A stretch of DNA of 64,000 nt from an uncultured Phycisphaerales bacterium (GTDB lineage: Bacteria > Planctomycetota > Phycisphaerae > Tepidisphaerales > Tepidisphaeraceae), in NCBI GenBank assembly GCA_963755915.1, contig CAVWLP010000003.1:1184001-1248000 (forward strand), given 5' to 3'. Of the stretch, positions 62,918 to 64,000 are shown in pieces. Made by a program: the position numbers and the translations under genes. The notes below the pieces were generated by a model that saw nothing but the letters and a program-made list of their open reading frames with translations, did no database searches and was not told where the DNA came from. Each line of letters begins with the position of its first letter. Position 1 is the first letter of the stretch.

Positions 62918-64000
62918 CTATACCGCCGTCCGGCCTTCGTACTGCCCGTATTCCAGCCAGTGAATGAAACCGTCGGGGAATTCGCCTGCCGTCACGGCGG
63001 CCGCTACGTCGGGATTGTCCGAAAGATAAGTCTGCTCGTTGTAATAGTTGGAGACGACGGCGCCTTCGTACTGGCCGTATTCAATAAACCACTCATAGTC
63101 GGACGTGAATGGCTGGCCCGAGACGAACGGCGATATGTAACCGTTGTCGGCGTCACAAACCGCGGGAGAGAAGTAGAGCATCGGGCTGAGCCCTTCGTAC
63201 TGGCCATACAGGACGTAATGCTCGTAGGCGGAGGTGACATCGCCCGCCTGCACCGCGGCGGCGATGGATGGATAGAGCGAGAGGTAGTAATCGCTGTCAA
63301 AATAAAGCAGCCCACCGCGGTTCTCGTACTGGCCGTACAGGTAATACTGCATGAAACCGGAGCTGACCTTCCCCGCCTGGACCGCGGCGGCGACATCGGG
63401 ATTCTGCTGCAGATACCAGCTTTCATTCCAGAATGGCGAGGGGCTGTAGCCTTCGTACTGCCCGTACGCGACGTAGTGATCGTACCCGGTGGCAAACTCC
63501 CCGTCGGCGACGGCAGCGGCTACGTTGGGGTACTCTTCCAGGTAATAATGCTCATCAAACAGCGAATTCTGGCTGACCAGCGTTTTGGTGGCCAAAAGCA
63601 CTTTGGTGTTGTTGGCTTCCACCACGTAAATGTAGGCCGTGTGGGTTCCGGCACTGAGCATCGGGGTGGAATAGGTAAAGCCGTGGTTTGTCGAGCCGAG
63701 GACCGCCTGTAGATCCGGCCGGGACTGATCGGCGGAGAAAGTCTGCGTAGGTCCGCCGGTGATGGCGACTTCGACGTTGGCGGGGTTGGAAGGTTGCGTG
63801 GGGTCATACGCCCAGCCGCTGATCACGTTCATGTCGGCGGTGTCGATCCAGCCGGGGAGAGCAATCGCGAAGCTGGCGGAAGTCGCGCCAGTGAGGGAGC
63901 CGTCGCTTGCCGTGAGCGTGTAGTTGCCGGGAGTGTCGAGAGCGATGGTGCCGAAAGTCGCCACGCCGTTTGACGCGGTGGCGTGGCCCGACCCGGACTG
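62918..64000 (-). CDS. Extracellular protein with Tyr-rich repeats, paralog of 29657..31775 (5' end outside window)
   Basis: ISGWAYDP, VSQNSLFDEHYYLEEYPNVAAAV..YGQYEGRTAV. Confidence 0.85.
   Translation of the reverse strand, partial: QSGSGHATASNGVATFGTIALDTPGNYTLTASDGSLTGATSASFAIALPGWIDTADMNVISGWAYDPTQPSNPANVEVAITGGPTQTFSADQSRPDLQAVLGSTNHGFTYSTPMLSAGTHTAYIYVVEANNTKVLLATKTLVSQNSLFDEHYYLEEYPNVAAAVADGEFATGYDHYVAYGQYEGYSPSPFWNESWYLQQNPDVAAAVQAGKVSSGFMQYYLYGQYENRGGLLYFDSDYYLSLYPSIAAAVQAGDVTSAYEHYVLYGQYEGLSPMLYFSPAVCDADNGYISPFVSGQPFTSDYEWFIEYGQYEGAVVSNYYNEQTYLSDNPDVAAAVTAGEFPDGFIHWLEYGQYEGRTAV

Noticed and set aside
198-63807. Many long antisense or alternate-frame ORFs in the track (e.g. 5074..6183, 11111..12562, 16191..17450, 39509..40762)
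   Set aside because: Shadow ORFs of high-GC genes with low-complexity translations, overlapping well-supported CDSs.
1-64000. CRISPR array, tRNA or rRNA genes
   Set aside because: No regularly spaced repeat-spacer array or recognisable RNA gene was seen by eye.

Overview
64 kb of high-GC bacterial chromosome, most consistent with a Planctomycetota (Phycisphaerae/Tepidisphaerales-like) genome. This assignment is inferred from the DUF1559-type prepilin genes, PEP-CTERM proteins with dockerin-like cassettes, the LExRxLLS N-terminal motif and XylR-type regulators. The window holds two pectin-related polysaccharide-utilisation-like loci. The galactan locus (~4.7-23.2 kb) has XylR, 3x GH53, 2x GH2, DUF1559 and PEP-CTERM genes. 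The galacturonan locus (~37.9-60.9 kb) has XylR, 4x GH28, an SSS symporter, DUF1559 and PEP-CTERM genes. Neither has a SusC/SusD or TonB receptor. Between them lie a surface-glycan block (GT87, GT2, GNAT, deacetylase), a serpin, an HNH pair and an IS4 element. Main observations: (1) an in-frame fusion of a PEP-CTERM protein to a prepilin-like H-X9-DG domain that has no start codon of its own; (2) a group II intron inserted into a REP-like hairpin that its EBS1 matches; (3) a 21-bp-spaced XylR-type direct repeat with a fixed -10 spacing, linking PEP-CTERM, DUF1559 and GH genes; (4) a candidate leader-peptide attenuator; (5) REP hairpins translated within proteins. About 17 single-base frameshifts in otherwise intact genes are probably long-read assembly errors. 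All family assignments come from motif recognition, not database searches.
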